Below are positions 29,247 to 40,192 of a DNA stretch of 64,000 nt, piece after piece. Positions within the stretch are counted from its first letter, which is position 1. The number at the start of each line of letters is the position of its first letter. The notes under the pieces were generated by a model, which saw only the letters and a list, made by a program, of their open reading frames with translations, had not been told where the DNA came from and ran no database searches. The stretch is taken from IMG/VR virus record IMGVR_UViG_3300045988_067909; one strand, written 5' to 3'. The DNA comes from a virus. A program made the position numbers and the translations under genes.

Positions 29247-30407
29247 ATGGATAAAGCAAAAACAAATTATGATTTTAATGATCTCTTAACTATAATTGAT
29301 TCGTTAAAACAAGATGCTGATCCTGATGTCCTTCGAAACTTTGCATATGAATTAAACATGTTCTTCAGAGATGTCAAATGTGAGGGTGTCTTATACACTA
29401 ATAACACAGACTTAGACTTCTTTGGTGTATACGTACAACCAGTCTTAAAAGAAAAGGATGTATATCCTTTACTTATATCTGATTATACTACTACTATTGA
29501 GAAGTACTATGTAGAACTGGACTCTAAACTATTTAATCCATTGCTAGGTTTGACTAATAGAGAGATCCTCGCTATTATTCTACATGATATAGGTTCAATG
29601 ATTAACTCATCTGGTCCAATAGACCGTGCTGTAAAAGAGATTGATTTATATCTTGACACTACAAATGATGTACTACGTACTACAGACAATGTAAACTATG
29701 TAGCTATTCTTACATTTGGATTGAAAGATTTATTACATAAATTAACCTCAATCTTCACGGCGGACTTGACTAGCAACGTTGCTATTGATGACTTTATTAT
29801 GTCTTGTGGGTTCATTAACGAACTTAATAGTGCTATTAGTAAACTCAAAAAGTTTGGCTACTTAAACATGTTCTCCGAAGGTGGTTCTCCTTCTGCGATT
29901 ATTGCATGGACAATCCGGATCTACAATGATATCAAAGGTCAACGTATCCGTACTATACGTTTACTACGTAAAGCTGCTTCTTACACTCCAGTACGTTTAG
30001 TTAAACGTGAAATGAATCATATGATTACTGCGTTATCTAGAATTGATGATTCTTCTATCTTAGAATCTGTATTTGACGACGTTAAAATGAAATACCAAAG
30101 TATGACCAAGAAATTCACAATGTCTTCTATTAAAGACATTGAGGAAGACTATTATGATTATGCTGTCACTCTTCAAAACGTTAATGACGAGGACGATGCT
30201 CTATTACTCTTGCATAGAATTAATAGTCGTATGAGCGTTATCGATGGTATTCTTAATGACGATAATCCTCAAATCTCTGACAGAGAACGTAAAGCATTCG
30301 CTGATTTATATGAACGATATAACAAATTGCGTAATGACGTTGTAGCTAAGAAAGTATATAAACGTAACTATCGACGTATTTATGTAAACTACGGCGAAGA
30401 TGACTAA
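29247..30407 (+). CDS. Hypothetical protein (386 aa)
   Basis: ORF; SD AAGGGGA. Confidence 0.6.
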   Translation: MDKAKTNYDFNDLLTIIDSLKQDADPDVLRNFAYELNMFFRDVKCEGVLYTNNTDLDFFGVYVQPVLKEKDVYPLLISDYTTTIEKYYVELDSKLFNPLLGLTNREILAIILHDIGSMINSSGPIDRAVKEIDLYLDTTNDVLRTTDNVNYVAILTFGLKDLLHKLTSIFTADLTSNVAIDDFIMSCGFINELNSAISKLKKFGYLNMFSEGGSPSAIIAWTIRIYNDIKGQRIRTIRLLRKAASYTPVRLVKREMNHMITALSRIDDSSILESVFDDVKMKYQSMTKKFTMSSIKDIEEDYYDYAVTLQNVNDEDDALLLLHRINSRMSVIDGILNDDNPQISDRERKAFADLYERYNKLRNDVVAKKVYKRNYRRIYVNYGEDD

Positions 30408-30421
30408 TAACAAAACAGGTT

Positions 30422-30448
30422 CTACCATAGAGCAATGCTCTATGGTAG
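30422..30448 (+). terminator. Hairpin CTACCATAGAGCA-a-TGCTCTATGGTAG plus T-run
   Basis: 13-bp perfect stem plus CCTATTTTTATC. Confidence 0.55.
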
Positions 30449-30536
30449 CCTATTTTTATCTAAGTAGGAAATTATAACTAGTATAACACATTCGTAATCA
30501 AAATTAAGTTAGATTTTCTATAGGAGGAAACTTAAA

Positions 30537-31292
30537 ATGGCTCTAGGACAATCATTATTTAACACACGTAAAGCTGGTAATGGTAGCAACAATCGTTCTG
30601 TAAACGTATACTGTGGTTATCGTTTCCGTATGCCAGATGGTAACAAGGATAAAGCGCCTACTGGTATTGATATTTCTTATTGGAATAATATGCTTAAACT
30701 TACTATTGCTCATTTAGTTAAGTCTAATGGTAACAATGGTGAGTACTATACAATGGACCGTGATAACCGTGCTGATGCATTCTTGACACCAGTTAAAGCA
30801 CGTATCTTAGCTAATGAAATTCGTAAGTTCATTGATGCTGATGGTGCTATTAAATCTGCTGGTGTAACTACAGGTAAAACACTTGTAACTGTATCCACTG
30901 GTGAAGAATTTGAAGTGGCTAAAGCAGACTTCCCATGCATTACAATTCGTAAGTTCTCTGATGATGCATCTAAAATTGAAATGGAAATCTTCTATGAAAT
31001 TAACGCTGATTACTATTTCGGTGTACACAACTTCAATCGTGATGATATGGATGGTGAACATAACACAGATGATTACAAATACATTGAATTAGAAAACTTG
31101 ATTACTATCTTGGAAGACTTCTATAATGGCATGGCTTATGGTAGTGCTTATGCATCTGCTCGTGCAGTATATGACTATTCCCCAGTTGGTAAATTATTGA
31201 ATGATTTATCTGGTGATGGTAATAGTTCTTCTGGTTCTAATACTATGAATAACTCTGGTGGGTTCTCTAACGGCTCTTTAGATGACTTATAA
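30537..31292 (+). CDS. Hypothetical protein (251 aa)
   Basis: SD TAGGAGGAAA. Confidence 0.6.
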   Translation: MALGQSLFNTRKAGNGSNNRSVNVYCGYRFRMPDGNKDKAPTGIDISYWNNMLKLTIAHLVKSNGNNGEYYTMDRDNRADAFLTPVKARILANEIRKFIDADGAIKSAGVTTGKTLVTVSTGEEFEVAKADFPCITIRKFSDDASKIEMEIFYEINADYYFGVHNFNRDDMDGEHNTDDYKYIELENLITILEDFYNGMAYGSAYASARAVYDYSPVGKLLNDLSGDGNSSSGSNTMNNSGGFSNGSLDDL

Positions 31293-31354
31293 TAGATAGA
31301 AAAGATATAGGGAATGGTCTAAGACTATTCCCTATTATCCTATGAGGTATTATT

Positions 31355-31999
31355 ATGTCTGAAATAAAAGCAATCTTTGAATTTGAGATGCTATTTGATT
31401 TGGATTATACATTAGCAACCCTAATACAAAGATATTATGGTAAATCTAAATACTTTGACACCGTATTAGAAGAAGACCCTATAAGTCTTAGATTGCTTCT
31501 TCTTACTAGAACAGAGAAGAATCCTATCTATATACTACTTAAACCAGAATATAGAGATTCTGCTGATTCTTTATATGAAGAACTTAAAGAAGAGTTCTCT
31601 ATGGAATTATATCTCAGACGTAATATATACTTTACAGAGTTCTATAAGTTCTTTTCTGTATTGATTAAGTCTGATGGTGCTGTAGCTGATATCGGGGTTA
31701 TAGTTAATAATAAGAAAGAAGAAGCTATTGTAAGAGAACTATCTCCATTGATTAGAGTATTTGATTCAAAAGAGATAGCTCGTAATGATTATGATGCTTT
31801 ATATATAAAAGATAAAGATACAGTTGGACTTATAACCCCTAAAGTTGAAGGAAAGACTATATTTTTAGCTAATTATGGATTTAATCTAACCACCATAGGT
31901 GAAGAAGAAAGTCCTGACTTAGAATTTATGGAAGAGTATAGTGATGATAATGCAATATTTACAGTAGACCTATATTCTTCAGTGGTTAAACCTGTATAA
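31355..31999 (+). CDS. Hypothetical protein (214 aa)
   Basis: ORF. Confidence 0.55.
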   Translation: MSEIKAIFEFEMLFDLDYTLATLIQRYYGKSKYFDTVLEEDPISLRLLLLTRTEKNPIYILLKPEYRDSADSLYEELKEEFSMELYLRRNIYFTEFYKFFSVLIKSDGAVADIGVIVNNKKEEAIVRELSPLIRVFDSKEIARNDYDALYIKDKDTVGLITPKVEGKTIFLANYGFNLTTIGEEESPDLEFMEEYSDDNAIFTVDLYSSVVKPV

Positions 32000-32016
32000 A
32001 TTAAGGAGGAAGAAAG

Positions 32017-33879
32017 ATGCAAATTCTTTCTAATATCGTATCTAAAGATAGTCTACACGAAACTAATCTTAAAACGTTAAAGATTATCCGTGATTCTATA
32101 TTAACTTCTTTTGGTCCTTATGGTAGTGCTACTCAGATTATGCAAACTGACGCTACACCTAAGTTTACTAAAGATGGTAATACTATTCTTAAGAATATTA
32201 AATTCTTAGGTCAAATCGAAAGTAGTCTAGCAGACATTATGGTTGATTTGACTAATAACGTTGTCAAAGAAGTAGGTGATGGCACCACCTCTGCAACACT
32301 TCTTGCATACAACATTTACAAACGTTTTGTTACCAAAGAAGAACCTAACTTCATGGCAACAAATGGAGCGGGAAATATCAAGATTTATGATGATGAGCTT
32401 AATAATGTACCACCAGTTATGATTGAACGTACATTCAAAGCTATCGTAAAAGAGATTAATGAACTTATTGTATCTCGAGCTAAAGAAGCTACTCCTGATG
32501 ATATGTATCGTATTGCTAAAATCTCTACTAATGGTGATGAAGACTTATCTCTTATCATCGCTAATATCTACAAAGAGATGGGTAATGAAGTATTTATCAC
32601 AGTTAAACACTCTTCTATCGATGAAGACTATACTCGCACATATGACGGTATGACTATTAACACTGGTTATGGTGATAAAGTCTATGTAAATAACAAAGAA
32701 GGATTTGCTGAATTGAACCATCCACAAATCTACTTCTTTGAAGACCCTGTAGATACACCAGAAATGATTGGTTATGTACAAAATATTATCATGCGTAATA
32801 TCATGGATCCAATCAAAGCTAATGATATTAAGGGTATGATTCCAACAGTAATTCTATGTCCTAGAACTACTCGTGATATTGATACTACTATGGATGCTGT
32901 AACTGAAGCTATCTATAAATATCGCTCCGCTGGTATTCAAATCCCATTCTTATTTGTACCTAATATTACAGATAAGAATATGATTCTTGATTTAGCACGT
33001 CTATGTAATGCTACAACAATCAAGAAGTATGTAGACTTATCTATTCAAGAAGAAGAACAAAAACAAGGTCTTGCACCAACTAATGAAACAGTACATGATT
33101 TCTTTGGTTGTGCTGATGCTGTAATCTCTGATTTCAGTAAAACTAAGATTATCAATCCTTGTGAAATGTACAAACAAGGTACTACAGAATATAGTGACTT
33201 ATATCAAGGTATGATTGATCATGCTGAACGTGAAGTTGCTGAAGCTAAACGTGATGGTCAAGATGTAAATACTCTTGGTACACTTAAGCGTAGACTTAAC
33301 TCTCTTAAAGCTAATACATTAGACTTATATATTGGTGGGTCTACTCAAGAAGAACGTGATAATCGTTTTGATGCTGCTGAAGATGCTGTATTGAACTGTA
33401 TGTCTGCTGCTATCCATGGGTTCGGTTATGCATCTAACCTTGAAGGATTATTTGCAGCTGAAGATGTATATAAGAAATATGGTAATGCTTTTGATGAAAA
33501 TCCTACATTAGAAGCGGTTATCTCTTCTATTATCTATAACTCTTACTTGGATCTTGTAGCATTGCTATATGGTACTAAACGTTCTGAAATTCATGAAAGT
33601 TATAGTGAATATGAATATCAAGGTATTGTACATCAAATGATGGTTGCAGCTCTAGGTGGTGAAGATAAACTATTACCTAGAATGCCTATTGATATCACTA
33701 CAGGTGAACGTTCTGAAGACGTAGTTACTTCTATTCGTTCTGACATTGCAGTATTGACTATCATTTCCAAATTGATGACTATTCTTATCACATGTAATCA
33801 GTTCTTAACTCCAGAGGCTTCGAATAATATGTATGACGCTATACGTGAAATTGAAAAGAAGAAATCTGAAGAAAAATAA
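32017..33879 (+). CDS. Phage-encoded chaperonin (GroEL/thermosome-like), 620 aa
   Basis: VKEVGDGTTSATLLAYNI at aa ~84-100 matches the chaperonin ATP-binding signature (GroEL AGDGTTTATVLA; group II GDGTTS); SD AAGGAGGAAG. Confidence 0.75.
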   Translation: MQILSNIVSKDSLHETNLKTLKIIRDSILTSFGPYGSATQIMQTDATPKFTKDGNTILKNIKFLGQIESSLADIMVDLTNNVVKEVGDGTTSATLLAYNIYKRFVTKEEPNFMATNGAGNIKIYDDELNNVPPVMIERTFKAIVKEINELIVSRAKEATPDDMYRIAKISTNGDEDLSLIIANIYKEMGNEVFITVKHSSIDEDYTRTYDGMTINTGYGDKVYVNNKEGFAELNHPQIYFFEDPVDTPEMIGYVQNIIMRNIMDPIKANDIKGMIPTVILCPRTTRDIDTTMDAVTEAIYKYRSAGIQIPFLFVPNITDKNMILDLARLCNATTIKKYVDLSIQEEEQKQGLAPTNETVHDFFGCADAVISDFSKTKIINPCEMYKQGTTEYSDLYQGMIDHAEREVAEAKRDGQDVNTLGTLKRRLNSLKANTLDLYIGGSTQEERDNRFDAAEDAVLNCMSAAIHGFGYASNLEGLFAAEDVYKKYGNAFDENPTLEAVISSIIYNSYLDLVALLYGTKRSEIHESYSEYEYQGIVHQMMVAALGGEDKLLPRMPIDITTGERSEDVVTSIRSDIAVLTIISKLMTILITCNQFLTPEASNNMYDAIREIEKKKSEEK

Positions 33880-33947
33880 ATAACGAACAGCTATCAAGGT
33901 TAGGGTCACTGACTCTAACCTACGGTAGTTTATGATGGAGAATTATT

Positions 33948-34712
33948 ATGGCTAAAAAGATAATGACTCTACGTCAATATATTAAGAACCCATCGGGTAC
34001 AGGTGCATCATTTGCTGGTAATAGAACAGCATTGACATCTATGTACTCATTGAAGTTCTTTAAGGTATTAGTAGACTACAATAATAAGATTGAATACTCT
34101 GCCATAAAAGATAAACAAGGCAACTTCTGGTGTATCATGAAGATACCATCAGAAAATATCCCTAGATTCTTTTATGACGTTATATATAAATTCTCTCCAG
34201 TTAAAGCTGGTGATGAGCATGATACTAAGCTAGAAGATTACAAAGTGCAATTCTTTAGTAATGACCCAGCTTTTACATATACATTCTCTTATGCATATCA
34301 TAAGAATGGTTTAACTATTCCTGAACTAGAGAAGAAATATAGTTCAGAAGCTATTAGTGATAAACCTAAGACTACTAACCCTAATCTAGTAATTAACTAT
34401 GCTAAGATATTATACTTTGGGTATTTGACTATTAATAAGTATAAGCTTACTGATAAGGGTAAATATAAAGATGGTACAGTAAATCTCAAAGAGATTACTG
34501 ATGCTGAAACTAAGATTGCTGAACGTGTAAAACAGCAAAAGAAATATGGTACTAAGACTAAACGTACCACTTCTAAAACAACAGGGAAATCCACTGCTCG
34601 TGGAGATCGTGGTTCATCTAAGACCATAGGTAATACAAAGAGAGTTGGAATTAGTAAAGCAAGTAAGTCAATACGTAGCACAAAATCAACAAAATCTGTC
34701 AAACGAAAGTAA
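33948..34712 (+). CDS. Protein with a K/R/S/T-rich basic C-terminal tail (254 aa)
   Basis: C-terminal ~70 aa: KQQKKYGTKTKRTTSKTTGKSTARGDRGSSKTIGNTKRVGISKASKSIRSTKSTKSVKRK. Confidence 0.6.
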   Translation: MAKKIMTLRQYIKNPSGTGASFAGNRTALTSMYSLKFFKVLVDYNNKIEYSAIKDKQGNFWCIMKIPSENIPRFFYDVIYKFSPVKAGDEHDTKLEDYKVQFFSNDPAFTYTFSYAYHKNGLTIPELEKKYSSEAISDKPKTTNPNLVINYAKILYFGYLTINKYKLTDKGKYKDGTVNLKEITDAETKIAERVKQQKKYGTKTKRTTSKTTGKSTARGDRGSSKTIGNTKRVGISKASKSIRSTKSTKSVKRK

Positions 34713-34762
34713 GATATAATGATATATTATATCTGTGCACGTATTAGGGAGGTTAATATTAA

Positions 34763-36406
34763 ATGCAAGCATCTGAGAAACTAAAAGATTACAGAATGTC
34801 GATGTTTACCAAACTACCATTTGAGGTCGAAAGTAAAGTACTAGACCCAAATAAGTTAACTATGGAGGTGATAAAACCGCACTTATTTGTAAAAGGCAGT
34901 AATAATATTCCTTTGGTGGATCGATGGGATCCACTACCAGAAGATGAAATTGTAAAGAAAATACCTTCCGCTTTATATATGCCTATAGCTGAGAAGTTAG
35001 GACAAGATCCAGAATTAAACGTGCATCTGGATATCTTTAACCTAAAATCTAAACGAGGCTATAGCATACCTAAGGCTAATTTTGACATGCAGGAGCACTT
35101 TTGTAAGTATATCAATTACTTTGAAAAGTTCTATGACCCTGAACATGAGTTATTAGCAGCATATGCATACATCAAAGCAACTATGGATGCATACCCGCAA
35201 TATAACAAAGCCAATCTAGAATGGGATATCAGACGATTAATCCTGGATTCTAATATTGGTAAGAAAGTTAAAGAAATGAATGATGCTAACTGTGTATTAG
35301 AGCTTCGTTCATTTGATGGTGAAGGACGTAATATTGTATTAAACTATAATAACCAACACGTCCATGCTATGATGGAAGTAAGTTTATTCCAAGTTATACT
35401 TATTCCATTATTAACACACTTTGCATTTCATAGACAAGTAGCGAATATTGATGAGTTCTTAATCTACTTCTACAATATTCTTCTTCGTGAAATGCATCCA
35501 GAAATGGATTTGGTTAACAAGTTATATCAAACAGTAATGAATGGTGTAATGGTTAACTATAAACGGAATACTAAGTTATGGGTTAAGTTGGAGATTGCAG
35601 CTGTAGGTGTACATGAACAAGCAGCCAATATCTTAAACAATGTAATCATTCAGTTATTCCCAAAATACACTTACATCAGAAACGTAGTTCACTTTAACCA
35701 TACTAGTATCGAACAAACATTGAGCTTTAAGATAGTAGATGGTAAGTATGATTATGTCTTCAATAGATTTAATCATGATAAACGTGATGATGAAAGCAGT
35801 AGTGACTTAGATATCTTTGAAGCTCATATGAGTAAAAGAAATGAGTCATTGCTATTACATAACCAAGTTAACTATGAACGGGTTATGGAAACTATTGATA
35901 ATGAGTTTGGTCCATTTGACCCTGAAGAAATAGCTTATTATCAAAAAGAGTTATCTAAAGATGCAGTATCTCCAGTAAATGAGCTACAACGGGAATTAGT
36001 TAGCTATCTATTCTTAAGATACTTTGGAGATCCATCTGCATTAAAGTCATTGACTCTAACTGGTTATATAAAACTTATTATAGCTAGTAGAAAAATATTA
36101 TGCGAAAAGGGCCTATATACGATGGCAGCTATTCTATCTGGTAAAGTAGTTAAACGTGTAAATCGTAACTCAGTAAATAAGAAAGAATCTACTAAGATTC
36201 AATCTTCTCCTGAGTATAGAAAGCTTATTGACAGATATAAGAGCGAGAAAACCGAGAACTATATTATGGCTCTTTTAGCTACTATCCTATCATCTAAGTT
36301 TACATGTATTGATTATCATAATCAAGAGAACACTGGTGCACCTATCATGTCTAACTCTGATGTAATCAATGATGAGTTCTTACGTTATGTATTGATGATT
36401 GGATAG
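34763..36406 (+). CDS. Hypothetical protein (547 aa)
   Basis: SD GGGAGGT. Confidence 0.6.
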   Translation: MQASEKLKDYRMSMFTKLPFEVESKVLDPNKLTMEVIKPHLFVKGSNNIPLVDRWDPLPEDEIVKKIPSALYMPIAEKLGQDPELNVHLDIFNLKSKRGYSIPKANFDMQEHFCKYINYFEKFYDPEHELLAAYAYIKATMDAYPQYNKANLEWDIRRLILDSNIGKKVKEMNDANCVLELRSFDGEGRNIVLNYNNQHVHAMMEVSLFQVILIPLLTHFAFHRQVANIDEFLIYFYNILLREMHPEMDLVNKLYQTVMNGVMVNYKRNTKLWVKLEIAAVGVHEQAANILNNVIIQLFPKYTYIRNVVHFNHTSIEQTLSFKIVDGKYDYVFNRFNHDKRDDESSSDLDIFEAHMSKRNESLLLHNQVNYERVMETIDNEFGPFDPEEIAYYQKELSKDAVSPVNELQRELVSYLFLRYFGDPSALKSLTLTGYIKLIIASRKILCEKGLYTMAAILSGKVVKRVNRNSVNKKESTKIQSSPEYRKLIDRYKSEKTENYIMALLATILSSKFTCIDYHNQENTGAPIMSNSDVINDEFLRYVLMIG

Positions 36407-36449
36407 ATTTCAGAATGCTAATTGTTTTATCGTAAAGGAGAATCCTATT

Positions 36450-37520
36450 ATGTATGGAAAACTATTTGAAAGTGACGACTATATTAGCGACGTTGTTAGA
36501 AGATGTCGTGGTTTTAGAGAGTTCGTTAAAAGCGAAATCTTAAAAGGTGTCGGAGGCCATAGTAGTGCCTCTGGTACTGATGAAAACGGTGAACCTATAC
36601 AATATATTGGTGAAAAGAAAGTATTGATCAAAGGTAATGTATTAGAGTTCATTGACAAAGTATATTGGTTGACTTATCATATCGAACGGTTTGTTGTTTG
36701 GAATACACCAGCTAACCCTAGATATAAAAGTCTAAAAGTGGCTATAGATAATATCCCTGGTGGAAAATTTAATAGCAAAGAATGCTTTAGATTAGCAGAT
36801 GAAGCAGTAAGCTTCTTTGTAAAATATGATGAAGCATATAAAGATAGTGATAATGCAGCTATCGCTATTCTAAAAGCAAAAACTAGACAGCAACTAACTG
36901 CTTTATCTAATGTATTTGTGGATAGAAGGAAATCAAGATCAGTAACTGATAAACTAGAGCAATTAGACTCTGTAATTGGTAGTAGATATAATGATTACAA
37001 TGATGCTAGAGATCTTATCAGTGAATACTGCTGTTTCTTATATGAATATATTAATGAAGTATATGATGATGATTTTACCAATCTACTAGACTTCCATGTT
37101 GGCGATGTAGCATACTGGCCTACAGGGGTAGATTATAGAACTGATGATAACTTCTATTATAAAGATGAGTCAGAAGATAATACTAAAAGATTTGCACCAC
37201 CAACTGTCAATATAAAACAAATTGACACTTTTAGCATTCATAAAGTGCTAATGATTCTAAATGATATACGCTATGATAGCTTTGAAGAATTTATTGGAGC
37301 TATGGCGGATACTATGAGTGATTGTCTTGGTAAGGTAGATGCAACTCAAATTACTGATGCTTTATATTATTACCGTGTACAAGTTATGAAAAAATTCCCT
37401 AATGTGGAGTTTGATGTGTCTTCTGACGAATTCGAAAGAGTTATAATGAATCTTCAACGAGTTATCAATAATTTGTATAACCCAATGCTAGTTAGTATTA
37501 TTGATAAAGAAAGTTGGTAA
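36450..37520 (+). CDS. Hypothetical protein (356 aa)
   Basis: Start moved to the internal ATG preceded by AAAGGAGAATCC; the upstream ORF-track start would overlap the previous gene. Confidence 0.55.
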   Translation: MYGKLFESDDYISDVVRRCRGFREFVKSEILKGVGGHSSASGTDENGEPIQYIGEKKVLIKGNVLEFIDKVYWLTYHIERFVVWNTPANPRYKSLKVAIDNIPGGKFNSKECFRLADEAVSFFVKYDEAYKDSDNAAIAILKAKTRQQLTALSNVFVDRRKSRSVTDKLEQLDSVIGSRYNDYNDARDLISEYCCFLYEYINEVYDDDFTNLLDFHVGDVAYWPTGVDYRTDDNFYYKDESEDNTKRFAPPTVNIKQIDTFSIHKVLMILNDIRYDSFEEFIGAMADTMSDCLGKVDATQITDALYYYRVQVMKKFPNVEFDVSSDEFERVIMNLQRVINNLYNPMLVSIIDKESW

Positions 37521-37525
37521 TAGTC

Positions 37526-38065
37526 ATGTATTATAGCTATTTTGATAAACAGACCACTATTGATAAGAAAGTAAAGACTGCATTAAAGACTTTATCATAT
37601 GTAATGGATGAAAATCCATTTACTGTTACAGTAGAAGATGATATCCATTGTAGATTCACATCCAGAGGATCTACAAACGATAACATCTTTCTTATTTGTG
37701 AGAAAGAAGTCGGTAATGCTATACGTGAAGACATTGTAGAGATAACTTCTGAGATTGAAGTGTATCATGCTCTAATAGACTCTATTAAATTTCTTGATTA
37801 CATCAATCTATTCTATGATGATATTGATGCATACTCAAGTGGTGTAGCTTATGATTTACTATATGATCTATTTAGTGATTATGGTAGAATAAGATTCCTA
37901 TCCAAGGATAGAAAAGATATTACATTTAAAGATATCAACGACATATTAGTTAATGCTGAAAAGTTCATATTAGCAGCGTATAATGTAGATATCTCTGAAA
38001 AACTAGAAGATGCTCATAAAGCATTATTAGACCTTGATATTATATATACGGAGGCTAGTAAATAA
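37526..38065 (+). CDS. Hypothetical protein (179 aa)
   Basis: The ORF-track start is a TTG; the first ATG is at 37526. Confidence 0.5.
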   Translation: MYYSYFDKQTTIDKKVKTALKTLSYVMDENPFTVTVEDDIHCRFTSRGSTNDNIFLICEKEVGNAIREDIVEITSEIEVYHALIDSIKFLDYINLFYDDIDAYSSGVAYDLLYDLFSDYGRIRFLSKDRKDITFKDINDILVNAEKFILAAYNVDISEKLEDAHKALLDLDIIYTEASK

Positions 38066-38523
38066 TGAGTTACAGTAAATTAGCAGAGATTGCACAAATT
38101 GAATCGTCTTTTGATGATTATGCTAGTGATATTCTAGATCTATTGGAAGACCTATTGAGTATTACAAAAGATGGTGATACTTATGAATTCAAAACTACAG
38201 TTAATAGATTAGCTTTGACTAATTTCAAAGGTAAAGAAGAAACAGTAGAATCGTATACTAAGTCTTTATATAGACTTTGTAGATTGAAAGCTCTTATTCG
38301 GTATAGTTTTGCCGAAGGAGCATCTTCATTATGTATATTAGATGTATTCTTTAATGACGATTTCCCTGGTGAAGGCATTACATTCCTTACACTATGTCAA
38401 GATGTACTTGATGTAGTAGATTGGATTGCTAAAGAATATGACTATAAGGTAAATGAAGCTAATGCAAAAGTGTTAATTAATTTATTTGAGTGCTTTAGTA
38501 AGGCATTTGATAAACTACGTTAA
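38065..38523 (+). CDS. Hypothetical protein (152 aa)
   Basis: Start overlaps the previous stop (TAAATG); SD GGAGG. Confidence 0.55.
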   Translation: MSYSKLAEIAQIESSFDDYASDILDLLEDLLSITKDGDTYEFKTTVNRLALTNFKGKEETVESYTKSLYRLCRLKALIRYSFAEGASSLCILDVFFNDDFPGEGITFLTLCQDVLDVVDWIAKEYDYKVNEANAKVLINLFECFSKAFDKLR

Positions 38524-38544
38524 GAATCAATCGAGGTAAAAAAC

Positions 38545-39042
38545 ATGAAATTCACAAAAAGATTAAAATTAGTACAAGATAAAATAGGTAGTATCATCAA
38601 TGAACTATACTGGGACTATGAATGTAGTCAAGGTAGTGTATTTGAGTTTGAATATAATGGTGAAATCTATCGACCAATAAAAGATGATTGGTGGACATAT
38701 TCAGACAATTGTGTTTGGTATGATGCAAAGATAGACTATACTATTACTAATGAATCTCTATATGTGATTGGTTATCTATTTGAGTACTTTGAATACAATC
38801 AATTATATGAAATCTTTTCTGATTTAGAAGATTTCTTAGATAAAGAATATCATGTTAAAGAACTTGACCTAAATAAGGTTGGAGAAGGTATATTAGAAAT
38901 TCGTGAAGGTATCGAAAAGAAATTTCCTGGTGCTAAATTCACTAATGATGCGGATGCTATGATTAAAGGTCTCCAATCTATTCAACGTATTTTAGATAGT
39001 ACAATCAGTAAATACGTTGTATGGATGATCAAAGAAGCATAA
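38545..39042 (+). CDS. Hypothetical protein (165 aa)
   Basis: SD TCGAGGTAAAAAAC. Confidence 0.5.
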   Translation: MKFTKRLKLVQDKIGSIINELYWDYECSQGSVFEFEYNGEIYRPIKDDWWTYSDNCVWYDAKIDYTITNESLYVIGYLFEYFEYNQLYEIFSDLEDFLDKEYHVKELDLNKVGEGILEIREGIEKKFPGAKFTNDADAMIKGLQSIQRILDSTISKYVVWMIKEA

Positions 39043-39061
39043 AGATAAAAGGTTCAATGAT

Positions 39062-40111
39062 ATGGACATCTATAGTTTAAAAGAGCTATTGAAAGATAGC
39101 ATACAGGGCTCAATGTTTGCAGCCCAAAGAAAAGAACTAGTAGCTAGATGTCCATATTGTGGACATACATCTAGTGCTAGTAAGAAGCATTTATATATTA
39201 GCGTCCAAGAAGATAAACCTATAATGTATAATTGCTTTAAATGTAATGAACGTGGTATAGTTGATCAAGAGATCTTAATGAAACTTGGTGTAAGAGATAT
39301 TAATACAATCAAAGAAGTCAATATCTATAACCAGGAGGTAAGAGAGAACTCTGATCATTCTACGTATACTAAGAAGAGAAACTATTCTAGTATAAATTAC
39401 AATAAGCTATATGATAATTTCATGCAGAGTGGTAATAAGTTACCTAATGAGATTATACAGAAGAAACTTGATTATCTTAATGGTCGTTTAGGATTGAACT
39501 ATCCTATACAGAGATATATAGATAGTCGTATAGTATTTGACTTATCAAATGATGCTATATATTATAAGATACGTAAGTATAAGAGAATGACTGACGATGA
39601 TTTCGTTATACTCAATAATGAGTATATTGGATTTGTTACAGCAGACCAATCTGGGATAGTTTTACGTCATATTTATGATAATGAACTTCCCAGATACATT
39701 ATAATCAATATGTCTGGGAACGATGAAATGGTCAAAAGCTATACAATTCCATGTTGCCTTAGTATACCCACTGGGCCTATTAAAATTCATCTCTCAGAAG
39801 GCCAATTTGATATACTGTCCATATTCTTTAACGTACGTAATCAAGAGCCTGGTATATACTTAGCCACATCTGGTTCTAACTATATATCAGCTATACAATA
39901 TCTAGCTAGTAGATATGGTCTATTTAATATGGAATGGCATTTCTACTTTGATAATGATGATGCTGGTACAATATCCAAAGAAGTCACCAAGTCTTATATC
40001 AAAAGACATGGATTCTACTTCACTGGAGATGTATATTTCCATAGTAATAGAAAGAAGAAAGACTTTGGTGTACCATTAAGTGATATAGTTGAAGAATACG
40101 AATTATTCTAA
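39062..40111 (+). CDS. DNA primase (Zn-ribbon plus TOPRIM), 349 aa
   Basis: CPYCGH-x21-CFKCNERG (CxxC...CxxC zinc ribbon); HLSEGQFDILSI (TOPRIM E-G-x-x-D); YFDNDDAG (DxD). Confidence 0.6.
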   Translation: MDIYSLKELLKDSIQGSMFAAQRKELVARCPYCGHTSSASKKHLYISVQEDKPIMYNCFKCNERGIVDQEILMKLGVRDINTIKEVNIYNQEVRENSDHSTYTKKRNYSSINYNKLYDNFMQSGNKLPNEIIQKKLDYLNGRLGLNYPIQRYIDSRIVFDLSNDAIYYKIRKYKRMTDDDFVILNNEYIGFVTADQSGIVLRHIYDNELPRYIIINMSGNDEMVKSYTIPCCLSIPTGPIKIHLSEGQFDILSIFFNVRNQEPGIYLATSGSNYISAIQYLASRYGLFNMEWHFYFDNDDAGTISKEVTKSYIKRHGFYFTGDVYFHSNRKKKDFGVPLSDIVEEYELF

Positions 40112-40112
40112 T

Positions 40113-40150
40113 CCAGTATGGGGATAATACCTCATACTGGGTTTATTTTT
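40113..40150 (+). terminator. Hairpin CCAGTATGGGG-ataata-CCTCATACTGG plus T-run
   Basis: 11-bp stem with one mismatch, then GTTTATTTTTTG. Confidence 0.5.
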
Positions 40151-40192
40151 TGTCTTTAACAGATAGGTAATCGTACACAAGGAGGAATAACT

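Noticed and set aside
33898-33920. Hairpin GGTTAGGGTCA-ctg-ACTCTAACC after the chaperonin gene as a terminator
   Set aside because: The stem has a mismatch and no T-run follows, so it is more likely a weak structure or attenuator than a terminator.
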